DNA of 64,000 nt, from positions 2,880,001 to 2,944,000 of the forward strand of contig OZ252100.1 in NCBI GenBank assembly GCA_965248435.1. Reading direction: 5' to 3'. Positions within the stretch are counted from its first letter, which is position 1; each line of letters begins with the position of its first letter. Made by a program: the position numbers and the translations under genes. Below the pieces are notes generated by a model, which was not told the DNA's origin, did no database searches, and saw only the letters and a list, made by a program, of their open reading frames with translations. Source of the DNA: Candidatus Latescibacterota bacterium (GTDB lineage Bacteria > Latescibacterota > UBA2968 > GCA-2709665). Positions 47,467 to 57,810 of this stretch are shown piece by piece.

Positions 47467-50370
47467 ATGTATGTCTCCCGATCCACGCTAATCCTCTCTA
47501 TTACGTCCGTCCTGTTCCTTACATCCTCGGTATCCGCAGGTCACAAGCTGGTTCATCCGCCGGACCCGGCTGACCCGATGGCGGTCCACATCTACGAACT
47601 TGATAACGGGCTTACCGTCTACCTGACAGAAAACCACGAAACGCCCCGATTCTATGCAGAGATCGCCGTGCGCGCCGGGAGCAAGCACGACCCGGCCGAG
47701 TCCACCGGGCTCGCACACTACCTGGAGCATATGCTGTTCAAGGGGTCTCAGAAGATCGGCACGCTGAGCTACGAGAAGGAAAAACCACACCTCCACAGGA
47801 TCCTGGAACTCTATGAAGAACACTTCAACGAGGAAGATCCCGAAAAAAGGAGGGCCATCTACGAACAGATCAATAGGGAATCCCAGTTGACCGCACCCTA
47901 TGTCATCCCAAACGAATTCCATGCTCTCTACAAATCGATGGGTGCTAGCGGACTCAACGCCCATACCTGGCACGAAGAGACCGTCTACAGAGTGAATCTC
48001 CCGTCCAATCGCATGCGTCAGTGGGCCGTTATAGAGTCCGAGCGCTTTAGCAATCCTGTCTTCAGACTCTTCCAGCTCGAACTCGAAATCGTCTACGAAG
48101 AAAAGAACCGCACCCTCGACAACAAAGACCGAGTCATCAGGTATGCCGTGAACAAACAACTCTACAAGAAACATCCCTACGGGCAGCAAACGACGATCGG
48201 CAACGTCGACCACCTGAAGAATCCCTCGTTGAAGAACGTCTATCAGTACTACAACACTTATTACGTTCCGAACAACCTGGCCATCTTCATCTCTGGAGAC
48301 ATCGACGTTCAGGAAACCATCCAACTGATCGATGAACACTTTTCGATCTGGAAGGCCAAGCCGCTTCCAAAGCTAAAAAGGTGGCGTGAGAAACCGCTTG
48401 AGAAACCGGAACGAGTCACGGTCAATTACCAGGGGGAGGAATTCGTTCTTCTGGCCTTCCGAACCGCCCCGACGGGTCACCGGAATGCCGATGCACTCGA
48501 GCTTCTGGACATGATTCTGGACAACAGGACGGCTGGGCTGATCAACCTGAATCTCAATCAACGGCAGAGGGTCCGCAACGCGGGATCTTACCCCCACCTA
48601 CTCAACGACCACGGTGCACAGTACCTCTACGCGGTCCCGAAAAGGGACCAGACCCTAGAAGAGGTGGAGTCGCTGCTGTTGGAGCAGTTGGATAACATCA
48701 AACAGGGAACGTTTGAGGATTGGATTCTGCCGGCTATCGTAACGGATTTCAAGAAGACCCGAAAATCTCGGCTCGAATCGAACAGCGGGCGTGTTCGATT
48801 GATGCGGACAGCGTTCATTGAGTTTGAAGATTGGAGCCACGCGGTCAACACAATCCCACGGATGGAAGCGCTGACGAAGAAGAATATCATCAGGGTTGCG
48901 AAGGCCTACTTCCACAAAGGCTATGTGGCTGGACGCAGAATCGATGAAGCGCCGGAAATACCCAAAATCGAGAAGCCAAAGATAGACAAGATCGAGATCG
49001 ACGGGACGCGTCAGTCTGCGTTTGCGAAGTCGGTCCAGGCCTTGCCTTACGAAGAGATCGAGCCCGTGTTTGTCGATCCGGAAAAGGATTTCACGATCTT
49101 CGACTATCACGAAGGTGTAAAGCTTTATCACAGCAAGAACCCGATCAACGACCTCTTCTCTCTGGACATCTCCATAGATTTCGGGACGCATCAGGACAAC
49201 AAGATCGGCATGGCCACACAGCTTATGGACAAGGCGGGGTCGAGAACTTTTGGGGCCGAGGCCCTGAAGAAGGAGTGGTATAAGATCGGCACCGACTTCA
49301 GTATCTCTGCCGGGGACAACGATACCCACATAAGCATATCAGGGATCGACGAAAATTTTGAATCGTCCGTCGCGATGTTGATGGATTTCGTCAAAACGCC
49401 CAAGGCCGATCGTAAAACCCTGGAAGAGCTGATCAAGATCACACTCGCAAAGCGCGAGGATGCCAAGAAAGATCATCGCAGCATCAGATCCGCGCTGGAG
49501 CAGTTCAACCGCTATGGCAAGGATTCCTATTATCTTCGCCAGCTGTCCAACGAAGCCCTGCAAGCGCTGACCGTAGACGAACTCTTGCGGATAGTAAAGA
49601 ATCTCCTGAGTTACAAGCACACGATTACCTACACAGGTTCCGCCTCTCTCGACGAAGTGGTCTCGGTCCTGAAAAAACATCACGTCATCCCCGAACCGCT
49701 TCAAGATCCCCCGCCCTATCGCTTCCTCAAGACAAGGACAGTGGAGGGGGATGAGATCCTCTTCGTCCACAAAGACATGGCTCAGGCCCACCTGCGGATC
49801 GAGGTTGGAGACGAAGAATACAACGAAACAAATCGACCGGCCGTCGAACTCTACAACGTCTACTTCGGGCGCAGAGGCATTGCCTTCGAGCAACTGAGAG
49901 AGGCACGTGCGCTGGCCTACTCTGCGGGTGCCCTCTACCTAACGGGTGAGCGAAAGGGTGATCAAAACATCATGGTCGGGGCCATTGGGTGCCAACCCGA
50001 CAAGGTTGTCGAGGCCCTAGAGGCGTTCAAAGATCTGATGGACAATCTTCCCGTCGAACCCGAGCGATTCGAACAGGCCAGGCAGTCGGTAATCAATCGC
50101 TACAGAACCTCCAAACTGGGCTTTCGAGAGGTCCTGGGGGCCGTTCGGTCGTGGGAGAAGCTTGGCGTGCCGGTCGACCCGAGAAAAAATCGATTCGAGC
50201 GAGTTCAAGTTGCAGAAATCGACCTGATGCTGGCATTCCACAAAGTGCACTTGAAATCTCAACCAAAACTCATCTCCGTCGTCGGAGACCGAGAAAGGAT
50301 AAACACAGGGGCGCTCCAGAAGCTGGGCAAATGGGTCGAGGTCGATCTGGAGGACATCTTCGCCTACTGA
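47467..50370 (+). CDS. M16 (insulinase) family zinc peptidase, secreted
   Basis: Signal peptide from ATG 47467; GLAHYLEHMLFKGS (HxxEH), NAHT, YYVPNN. Confidence 0.92.
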   Translation: MYVSRSTLILSITSVLFLTSSVSAGHKLVHPPDPADPMAVHIYELDNGLTVYLTENHETPRFYAEIAVRAGSKHDPAESTGLAHYLEHMLFKGSQKIGTLSYEKEKPHLHRILELYEEHFNEEDPEKRRAIYEQINRESQLTAPYVIPNEFHALYKSMGASGLNAHTWHEETVYRVNLPSNRMRQWAVIESERFSNPVFRLFQLELEIVYEEKNRTLDNKDRVIRYAVNKQLYKKHPYGQQTTIGNVDHLKNPSLKNVYQYYNTYYVPNNLAIFISGDIDVQETIQLIDEHFSIWKAKPLPKLKRWREKPLEKPERVTVNYQGEEFVLLAFRTAPTGHRNADALELLDMILDNRTAGLINLNLNQRQRVRNAGSYPHLLNDHGAQYLYAVPKRDQTLEEVESLLLEQLDNIKQGTFEDWILPAIVTDFKKTRKSRLESNSGRVRLMRTAFIEFEDWSHAVNTIPRMEALTKKNIIRVAKAYFHKGYVAGRRIDEAPEIPKIEKPKIDKIEIDGTRQSAFAKSVQALPYEEIEPVFVDPEKDFTIFDYHEGVKLYHSKNPINDLFSLDISIDFGTHQDNKIGMATQLMDKAGSRTFGAEALKKEWYKIGTDFSISAGDNDTHISISGIDENFESSVAMLMDFVKTPKADRKTLEELIKITLAKREDAKKDHRSIRSALEQFNRYGKDSYYLRQLSNEALQALTVDELLRIVKNLLSYKHTITYTGSASLDEVVSVLKKHHVIPEPLQDPPPYRFLKTRTVEGDEILFVHKDMAQAHLRIEVGDEEYNETNRPAVELYNVYFGRRGIAFEQLREARALAYSAGALYLTGERKGDQNIMVGAIGCQPDKVVEALEAFKDLMDNLPVEPERFEQARQSVINRYRTSKLGFREVLGAVRSWEKLGVPVDPRKNRFERVQVAEIDLMLAFHKVHLKSQPKLISVVGDRERINTGALQKLGKWVEVDLEDIFAY

Positions 50371-50588
50371 AGATTTTAGCTGAGCGCCTTGTTCTTGTTC
50401 CGCAATCCGCAGTCGAATTGGGTTGTTCCCCTCTCCCAATATGGTTATCTTCTTCACTACGGCGTAGTTAACCTGCTTCTGACAGACAGAATTCCGGCGC
50501 TGGGGCGAGGCGTATGACGGTCTACGCCTGCCCCCTTTTCATTTCAGATCATATCCTGACGGCCATTCCAAAGAGGACCTATCAAGAG

Positions 50589-51032
50589 ATGGCTCGAAAG
50601 AAGGCCAAATTCATTGTCGGGTTCGCGATCATCGGGGTCTGCCTGCTCTATCTGGTCGTATCAGGATTCCAGGAAACGGCGATGTACTACCTCACTGTCA
50701 CCGAGCTGGAGGCGAAAGAGTCTCAGTTTCTCGGGAAGACGGTGAAGCTTGCAGGAAGGGTCGTTCCCGGATCCATCGAGACCGACAGCAAAACGCTCGC
50801 CGTATCCTTTCGCATCTGGGAGCCCCTTGAAGGTGAGGCCGATTCCTTTTCAGAGCCGATGGCCATTCGGTATAAAGGTATCGTGCCCGACACCTTCCGA
50901 GACGGATCGGATGTCGTACTCGAAGGCAAACCGCAATCCACCGGCGTCTTCAAGGCCGAGACCCTGCTCGCAAAGTGCCCCTCCAAGTACGAAGGCAAGA
51001 GTTACGAAGAGTTGAAACAGACCTATCGCTAG
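50589..51032 (+). CDS. ccmE: Heme chaperone CcmE (CxxxY variant)
   Basis: YYLTVTEL, YKGIVPDTF, LAKCPSKY. Confidence 0.9.
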   Translation: MARKKAKFIVGFAIIGVCLLYLVVSGFQETAMYYLTVTELEAKESQFLGKTVKLAGRVVPGSIETDSKTLAVSFRIWEPLEGEADSFSEPMAIRYKGIVPDTFRDGSDVVLEGKPQSTGVFKAETLLAKCPSKYEGKSYEELKQTYR

Positions 51033-51066
51033 ACGTCTCGTCAGCCAAGCTTCGTAAAGGACTTAG

Positions 51067-53103
51067 ATGGGAACGGAGATTCCCAACCTCGGCAACTTCC
51101 TGATCTGGTTCATCGCGATCACGGCACTCTATGCCGTAGTCGTCTCCGTCCTTGCTGCAAGGACGCAACGAGCAGACCTCTCCCACAGCGCAGAACGCGC
51201 AATCTACGCCTGCTTCGGCCTGACGCTCCTCGCGTGGGCGCTGCTCGAATATCTCTTCCTCACCGACCGCTTCGATGTCTACTTCGTCGCGACACACTCC
51301 AGCCGGGACCTCCCCACGGCCTACAAATTCACCGCCCTCTGGTCCGGTATGGAGGGCTCGCTCCTCCTCTGGGCCCTCGTCCTCGCTGGTTTTAATTTTT
51401 TCGCGGTCCTTGGAACGAGACAGTTTCGAGGTCCGCTTGCCTCATACGCGACCGCGATCCTGGCGGTCGTGCTGGTCTTCTTCTTGGGGATTATCGCGAT
51501 CTATGAAAATCCTTTCTGGTTGATCAGTGATGTACAGAGCGTCCCCCTGGGCTTTGTGCCGCCCGATGGGCAGGGCATGAATCCCCTCCTGGTCCACCCC
51601 TACATGCAGATTCATCCCCCGATGCTTTACCACGGCTACGTGGGCTTCACGGTACCCTACGCCTTCGCGATGGCGGCCCTCATCAGCCGACAGGTCAATG
51701 AAGAGTGGATCCGCTCCATGCGTCGCTGGACGCTCGTGCCCTGGTTCTTCCTCGGCACGGGGCAGCTCCTCGGCGGCAAGTGGGCCTATGTGGTCCTCGG
51801 CTGGGGCGGCTACTGGGGTTGGGACCCTGTGGAAAACGCCGCCTTGCTGCCCTGGTTGACCGGCACCGCCTTCCTCCATTCCGTCATGATCCAGGAAAAG
51901 AGAGGGATGCTCAAAGTGTGGAACATGCTCCTGATCATCCTCACGTTCACCCTGTGCATCTATGGGACCTTCTTGACCCGAAGCGGAGTCGTCTCCTCTG
52001 TCCACGCCTTTGCACAATCGCCCATCGGTCCGGTATTTTCTGGATTCGTCGTGGCCATCGTTCTCTTCTCTGGCTACTTCCTCTGGAGCCGTCTTGACCT
52101 GCTCAAGAGCCCGAACGAATACGAATCACCGATTTCCAGGGAGGGCGGCTTTCTACTCAACAACCTGCTCTTCCTCACGGCCGCCTTCGCCGTCTTCTGG
52201 GGTACCATGTTTCCGGTCATCTCAGAGGCGGTCACCGGTTCCAAGATCACGGTCGGCCCGCCCTTTTTCAACGCGGTAATGGTCCCCATCGGCCTCCTGC
52301 TCCTCTTTATGACGGGTGTGGGACCCCTACTCGCCTGGCGAAAGACCTCAGGTCGCAGCCTGAAAAGACACTTCACGACGCCGATCCTCTTCGGGCTTGT
52401 TTGCGGGGCCCTCGCCTGGATGCTAGGGGCTCGGGACGCTTACGCCCTCCTCTCTTTTGCCCTGTGCGGGTTTGTCACGGCGACCATCGCAGCCGAGTTT
52501 CACCGTGGCGCTCTTGCACGCGGAAGCAGTTCTGGCGAACCCTATTTCATGGCAATCTCAGGCCTGATTTCCAGAAACAAAAGGCGCTACGGCGGATACC
52601 TGATTCACTTCGGGGTGGTGCTTATTTTCATCGGGTTCACAGGTAACGCATTCAACAAAGAGGCGGAAGCGGGCCTGAAGTACGGGGAATCCCTCGACGT
52701 CGGCAGCTATCGACTCGAGTACGAGGGCTTTACCGAAACCACCAACCCGCTCACGGTCGTCATCTCGACACAGCTGGGCGTCTACCAAGACGACACCCGC
52801 CTGGGCACGATGTGGCCGGAGCAGCACATCTACTACAAGCGGGAAGACCAGCAGCGCACGACCGAAGTCGCGATTCGTTCCAACCTCAGGGAGGACCTCT
52901 ACGTCCTTTATGAGGGCATGAACGAAAGCGATGTCGCCTTCTTCCGTGCCTACGTGAACCCCCTCGTGATATGGGTCTGGATCGGGGCCTGGGTCATCAC
53001 GTTTGGGACCATCGTCGCCATGTGGCCGGACAAGCGCGAGAAGCGGCTCCGTCGACAAGTGACTCGAACGCCTGCGGAATTGCGGAGGGAATTGACGGCA
53101 TGA
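51067..53103 (+). CDS. ccmF: Heme lyase CcmF
   Basis: WSGMEGSLLLW, HPPMLY, WGGYWGWDPVENA, SVHAFA. Confidence 0.95.
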   Translation: MGTEIPNLGNFLIWFIAITALYAVVVSVLAARTQRADLSHSAERAIYACFGLTLLAWALLEYLFLTDRFDVYFVATHSSRDLPTAYKFTALWSGMEGSLLLWALVLAGFNFFAVLGTRQFRGPLASYATAILAVVLVFFLGIIAIYENPFWLISDVQSVPLGFVPPDGQGMNPLLVHPYMQIHPPMLYHGYVGFTVPYAFAMAALISRQVNEEWIRSMRRWTLVPWFFLGTGQLLGGKWAYVVLGWGGYWGWDPVENAALLPWLTGTAFLHSVMIQEKRGMLKVWNMLLIILTFTLCIYGTFLTRSGVVSSVHAFAQSPIGPVFSGFVVAIVLFSGYFLWSRLDLLKSPNEYESPISREGGFLLNNLLFLTAAFAVFWGTMFPVISEAVTGSKITVGPPFFNAVMVPIGLLLLFMTGVGPLLAWRKTSGRSLKRHFTTPILFGLVCGALAWMLGARDAYALLSFALCGFVTATIAAEFHRGALARGSSSGEPYFMAISGLISRNKRRYGGYLIHFGVVLIFIGFTGNAFNKEAEAGLKYGESLDVGSYRLEYEGFTETTNPLTVVISTQLGVYQDDTRLGTMWPEQHIYYKREDQQRTTEVAIRSNLREDLYVLYEGMNESDVAFFRAYVNPLVIWVWIGAWVITFGTIVAMWPDKREKRLRRQVTRTPAELRRELTA

Positions 53104-53576
53104 GCCGAAGCGCCTGCCTCTTGTTACTTGGCTTCTTGCTCCCGCTTCTTCCTTGTGAGTCGAAAGCCGCTGTGACCGAGGCCCAGGTCAAGGACGTCGC
53201 CAAAGAGCTCGCCTGTCTATGCGACACCTGTCCACGTCGACCGCTGCACGAATGCGCCTGCGGCTGGGCAGATAAGAACCGCAAGCGCATTTCCGACGCG
53301 CTCGAATCCGGTCAGGACAAGGATGTGATTGTGGCCGGATTCATAAAAGACTTTGGACTGGAGGCCCTGTCTGCCCCACCGATGGAAGGCTTCCACCTCA
53401 CCGCGTGGGTGATGCCGTTTGCCGTGTTGATCGCCGGAGGGTTTGTTGTCCGGTTAGTCGTCCTGAACTGGTCCAGAGGTCGAAGCAAAACTGCGCCTCG
53501 GCAACAAAGCGGGGGGCAAGGTGAGGATAAATACCGCTCGAGGCTCGAGGATGAGCTGAGGAAATTCGACGCGTGA
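53100..53576 (+). CDS. ccmH: CcmH-like cytochrome c biogenesis protein
   Basis: LACLCDTC; C-terminal TM with AWVMP; ATGA overlap with ccmF. Confidence 0.8.
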   Translation: MSRSACLLLLGFLLPLLPCESKAAVTEAQVKDVAKELACLCDTCPRRPLHECACGWADKNRKRISDALESGQDKDVIVAGFIKDFGLEALSAPPMEGFHLTAWVMPFAVLIAGGFVVRLVVLNWSRGRSKTAPRQQSGGQGEDKYRSRLEDELRKFDA

Positions 53577-53998
53577 TTGAGATGACCTACATACTGCTCG
53601 CGACGGCCGTCCTGCTTTTCGTCATTCGGCCGCTGTTCGCCTCCGGCGGCCGGATCAAGCAGGTCTCCCGAAGAGAAGGGCAACGCCGAAGCCTGTTGGA
53701 GGACCGGGAGCGTGTCTACAACGCAATCCAGGAACTCGAATTCGATTACCAGATGGGAAAGGTCGAAGAGGCGGACTACAAAGAGACACGCAGCCGCTAC
53801 GAACATAGGGCCATCACGCTGCTCAAGGCCCTCGATAAGACGAACGGACGACCCGAAGCGATCGAGAAACAGATCGAAGAGGAGGTCGCTGCCCTTCGCA
53901 AGAAGGGATCGGACAACACCTGCCCGGATTGCAGTGCCACTCTGCCCACCGATGCCCTGTTCTGTCCCAAATGCGGCGTCTCCGTCAGCCGGAGTTGA
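53573..53998 (+). CDS. CcmI-like membrane protein with C-terminal zinc ribbon
   Basis: IQELEFDYQMGKVEEADY; CPDC...FCPKCG. Confidence 0.7.
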   Translation: MIEMTYILLATAVLLFVIRPLFASGGRIKQVSRREGQRRSLLEDRERVYNAIQELEFDYQMGKVEEADYKETRSRYEHRAITLLKALDKTNGRPEAIEKQIEEEVAALRKKGSDNTCPDCSATLPTDALFCPKCGVSVSRS

Positions 53999-55137
53999 CA
54001 TCCGTGCCGCCAGGACCGAACCTCCTCGCAAGAATTGGCTGGCCCATCCTGTTTTTGCTCCCTTCTTTCCTTCTTCCTCTCGATGCCCAGGCAGGCCTGA
54101 TCCAGGGCCGCGTCGTCAACCGCACGTTGTCTCAAGCCGCATCCAACTGCGTCGTCACCCTGATTAGACACGGTCACGACGATGCAAAGGTGGAAAGGGA
54201 CACGACAGACCTGGAAGGTCGTTTTACCTTTGACGTCGGTCCAGACGAGGAAGGAAAACAGTCTTTCCTGTCGGCTGCCTATTCCGGCGTAGACTATTTC
54301 CATTCAGAGGTGACGCACGATCAGGGTCCGTACGAGATCGCTGTCTATGAGACCACTCGCTCTGAAACCGTGCTCAGTCTGGTCTCCCATCACATCGTGA
54401 TTGACGCTCGGGCGGACAGCGTGATCCAGATTCTGATCGCCCAAAACAGCGGGGACCGCACCTACCTTACAGGCGAAGGGCACGGTCACGGGCTCGAGGT
54501 CTTACTTCCCGATGGGGTGACCGGCGTCCAGGGTGGGCCTCAAGGCCTCCACGCCCACGGTGGCCTCCTCATAGACGCCAGACCGGTGGAGCCCGGTCCT
54601 CTTCAGCTTGCGTTTGCCCTCAAACTGCCGCCTTCCAGAAGGCTCCTTCAGAAGGTCAGATACCCCACCGAGTCAGTAGACGTTCTCGTCACGCCGGCAG
54701 ACGCACAGGTTCTCGCTCCACTTCTAAAGGAGCTGGGCGAGGTCACCTTCGGGCAGCGTCGATTCTTGAGATTCTCCGGGGCGGATTTCAAACCGGGCGA
54801 CACCATCGACATCAGTCTGGGCACGCCTGCCTCCGCTGAACTGTTTTCCGAACAGCAAGTCTGGTGGGCATTGGGTGGGCTTGTCCTGATCCTGGCCCTC
54901 CTCGTCCTTTATTTTCGGCCTCGCAGAAGCTCCGAATCAAGAGCTGCGCCCCCTCCCCCACCTGTCGCTCAGGAAGACATCATGCGTCAGAGGGGGACCC
55001 TACTCAAACAGATCGCAGACCTGGACGACCGCCACGAGGCAGGGGAGCTCTCAGAGCCGGACTACAATGCAAGGCGAGAGGCCCTGATGGCGGAAGTCGT
55101 CCTACTCACGCGATCACTCGGCTCGGATGAGGCCTAG
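53995..55137 (+). CDS. Ccm-associated membrane protein (CarboxypepD-like beta domain plus CcmI-like tail)
   Basis: TTG at 53995; IQGRVVN...TTDLEGRFTF; C-terminal TM then LLKQIADLDDRHEAGELSEPDY. Confidence 0.65.
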   Translation: MTSVPPGPNLLARIGWPILFLLPSFLLPLDAQAGLIQGRVVNRTLSQAASNCVVTLIRHGHDDAKVERDTTDLEGRFTFDVGPDEEGKQSFLSAAYSGVDYFHSEVTHDQGPYEIAVYETTRSETVLSLVSHHIVIDARADSVIQILIAQNSGDRTYLTGEGHGHGLEVLLPDGVTGVQGGPQGLHAHGGLLIDARPVEPGPLQLAFALKLPPSRRLLQKVRYPTESVDVLVTPADAQVLAPLLKELGEVTFGQRRFLRFSGADFKPGDTIDISLGTPASAELFSEQQVWWALGGLVLILALLVLYFRPRRSSESRAAPPPPPVAQEDIMRQRGTLLKQIADLDDRHEAGELSEPDYNARREALMAEVVLLTRSLGSDEA

Positions 55138-55145
55138 CCCCTGTC

Positions 55146-55865
55146 GTGGCCTCTCAACCCGCAATTCAACTCAGCAAAGTCACAAAGCGTTTCGGCCACC
55201 TCCCCGCGCTTGCCGGGATAGATCTGAGCGTCCAGGTCGGGACCTCACTCGCCCTCTTCGGTCCGAACGGAGCAGGGAAAACGACGCTCCTTCACATCAT
55301 CGCAACGCTCAGCAAACCCAGCAGCGGCCAGGTTCAGGTTGGCGGAACCAATGCCTTGCGCGAGCCCGATCGCGTGCGTCACCAGATCGGCGCGGTCTTA
55401 CATCAGACCTTACTTTACGACGACCTGACGGCGCACGAAAATTTACAGTTCTATGGTCGAATGTATGATCTTGAGGGGCTGCCCGACCGCGTGGCGTCGA
55501 CCCTGGAAAGGGTAGGCCTCAGCGGCCGCGAACACAACAAGGTCAGAGAGTTTTCCAGAGGCATGAAGCAACGCCTCGCCATCGCGCGTGCCACGCTCCA
55601 TCAACCCTCGATCCTGCTCCTTGACGAACCGTTCACAGGCCTGGATGACGCAGCCAGGAAGATCCTTGCCGACATGCTGCTCGAGTGGCGCGGAGAGGCT
55701 CGCACGATTTGCTTCACCACCCACGATCTCCAAAACGCCCTGGCGTTGTCCGACCGCTTCCTCATCCTGAACCGCGGTCGAATCGCCACTCAGGGCGAAA
55801 CAGAAGGTCTGGACGTGCAAACCCTCAAGACCTTATACGGAAAAGCGATTGAAGGAAGCAATTAG
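55146..55865 (+). CDS. ccmA: Heme ABC exporter ATPase CcmA
   Basis: GPNGAGKTT, FSRGMKQR, LLLDEP. Confidence 0.9.
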   Translation: MASQPAIQLSKVTKRFGHLPALAGIDLSVQVGTSLALFGPNGAGKTTLLHIIATLSKPSSGQVQVGGTNALREPDRVRHQIGAVLHQTLLYDDLTAHENLQFYGRMYDLEGLPDRVASTLERVGLSGREHNKVREFSRGMKQRLAIARATLHQPSILLLDEPFTGLDDAARKILADMLLEWRGEARTICFTTHDLQNALALSDRFLILNRGRIATQGETEGLDVQTLKTLYGKAIEGSN

Positions 55866-55891
55866 AAACGCAACTTTCAAAGCGAGATCCG

Positions 55892-56572
55892 ATGTCCCTA
55901 TTTCTACGTCAAACGACAGCCATCCTCTGGAAGGACCTGAAGACCGAGGCAAGAACCAAGGAGCGCCTCAGCGCTATGTGTTTCTTCTCGATCCTCGTGC
56001 TCCTCGTGTTCAACTTCGCGTTCCGTCCGGGCTCTGCAGAAATTCGGTCTGCCGCGCCGGGAATCTTCTGGGTGACCGTCACGTTCGCCGGACTACTGGG
56101 CCTGAACCGATCCTTTACGATTGAGCAAGAGAATGACGCACTCTCTGGACTGCTCCTCACGCCGTCGGACCGGGCCACGATCTATCTGGGCAAAGCCGCG
56201 GGCAACTTCCTCACGATGGCGGCCATGGAAGCCCTGGTCTTACCCCTTCTTGCTGTGTTCCTCAACGTTCCGATCTGGGACAATCTGCTCCGTCTACTCC
56301 CCTCCCTCTTCATCGGAACCTTCGGGTTCGCGGCGGTCGGAACCCTTTTCTCGGCCATGTCCATCAACACCCGACTCCGGGAAGCCTTTCTTCCGATGCT
56401 CACGCTCCCGATCCTGGTCCCGGTCCTGCTGGCAGCCGTCGAGACGTTCCGTGCTGTACTCGAAGGCGAGCCCCTGTCCGCCGTCAGCAGTTGGCTCAAG
56501 GTCGGAGCGGTCTTCTCTGTCATCTTTTTGACCGCGTCCGTGCTCCTGTTCGATCACGTCGTGGAGGAATAA
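55892..56572 (+). CDS. ccmB: Heme exporter CcmB
   Basis: WKDLKTE, LPMLTLPILVPV; six TM helices. Confidence 0.9.
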   Translation: MSLFLRQTTAILWKDLKTEARTKERLSAMCFFSILVLLVFNFAFRPGSAEIRSAAPGIFWVTVTFAGLLGLNRSFTIEQENDALSGLLLTPSDRATIYLGKAAGNFLTMAAMEALVLPLLAVFLNVPIWDNLLRLLPSLFIGTFGFAAVGTLFSAMSINTRLREAFLPMLTLPILVPVLLAAVETFRAVLEGEPLSAVSSWLKVGAVFSVIFLTASVLLFDHVVEE

Positions 56573-56574
56573 CT

Positions 56575-57282
56575 GTGCACTACGATAACCGTCTCTACCA
56601 GGTCGCCTTCACCCTCGGCTTCCTGGCCCTGATCGGAATGCTCATTGCCCCGTACATGGCACTCGTCTATGCAGACGTCGAAAAGGAGATGGAGCTCGCC
56701 CAGAAGATATTCTATTTCCACGTGCCCTCGGCCTTCGCCATGTACGCAGGCTTTTTCCTCGTCTTCGTGTTCAGCATCCTTTACCTCTGGCGAAAAAACC
56801 CCCTGTGGGATATCTGGGCCTCCTGTTCCGCGGAAGTCGGCCTCCTGTTCTGTACCGTCGTCCTCCTGTCCGGCTCGCTGTGGGCAAAGCCGATCTGGGG
56901 TGCGTGGTGGGTCTGGGATCCCCAGCTCACCCTCGTGCTCGTTCTCTGGCTGATCTTCGTCGCCTACCTGATGCTCCTGAGTTACGCAGAAAATCCATTG
57001 CAGAGTGCGAAATTCAGGGCCGTCCTCGGTATTCTTGGATTTCTGGACGCCCCGCTCATCCACTACTCCGTCGAACTCTGGCGGGCACACCACCCGAAGA
57101 TCGTCCGCGCGGAGGAGATCGCCTTGCCACCCGACATGCTTTACGCCTGGCTGTTCTGTTCGGTCACATTCCTGGTGCTCTTCGGTGCGATTCTCACAAA
57201 ACGCGTCTCCGTCGAGCGGGCACGCCACGAACTCGCTGCTCTCAAAGCCGAAATCCAGGACCTGGAAGTTTCGTCCGCTTAG
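56575..57282 (+). CDS. ccmC: Heme exporter CcmC
   Basis: FYFHVP, WAKPIWGAWWVWDP, WRAHHP; GTG start after GGAGG. Confidence 0.92.
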   Translation: MHYDNRLYQVAFTLGFLALIGMLIAPYMALVYADVEKEMELAQKIFYFHVPSAFAMYAGFFLVFVFSILYLWRKNPLWDIWASCSAEVGLLFCTVVLLSGSLWAKPIWGAWWVWDPQLTLVLVLWLIFVAYLMLLSYAENPLQSAKFRAVLGILGFLDAPLIHYSVELWRAHHPKIVRAEEIALPPDMLYAWLFCSVTFLVLFGAILTKRVSVERARHELAALKAEIQDLEVSSA

Positions 57283-57310
57283 TCAAAGCCCCGTCACCCG
57301 GAGGTGGCAA

Positions 57311-57469
57311 ATGAAGTATCTCGAGTACATGGCAGCTGCCTATACACTCATCTGGGCGGCGATTCTGGTCTATTTCATTCTGATCTCCCGTAAGGAGAGA
57401 GAAATCTGGGCCGAGCTCAGCACCCTCCGCGAGGCTCTTGACCGTCGGCGGTCCAGCGAGTCGGAATAG
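57311..57469 (+). CDS. ccmD: CcmD-family small membrane protein (52 aa)
   Basis: GGAGG SD; MKYLEYMAAAYTLIWAAILVYF plus charged tail; follows ccmC. Confidence 0.8.
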   Translation: MKYLEYMAAAYTLIWAAILVYFILISRKEREIWAELSTLREALDRRRSSESE

Positions 57470-57810
57470 ACACGTGCCATCTGAATCGATGCTCAGTTAC
57501 GCGAATCTGGAGTGTTGAAGTATTGGAGAAAACGAGTATCTTCGCCTTGGGTTTTCAATGCACGGTGCTACGTTCATTTCGGAAACCATCCATCCTGCTT
57601 AGACCATCTATATCGCGTGTGCCACGGACAGCTCGCTGCCCGTGAAGGATGCCTCGCTTTGTGAATCACAAAGGAAGCTCATCATAACCCACCGGCAGCA
57701 AGCTGGTGCCACACGATCTACTTTACTTGATCAGTTTTACGCTAATTCCCGGCGTTTCCGACCCCGATTAATTTTGGTGACGATCCACGAACAGCGATCT
57801 ACGGAGTTTT

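Noticed and set aside
57657-57673. CTTTGTGAATCACAAAG as a Rex operator
   Set aside because: Palindromic but lacks the spacer of TTGTGAA-N4-TTCACAA; function unassignable.
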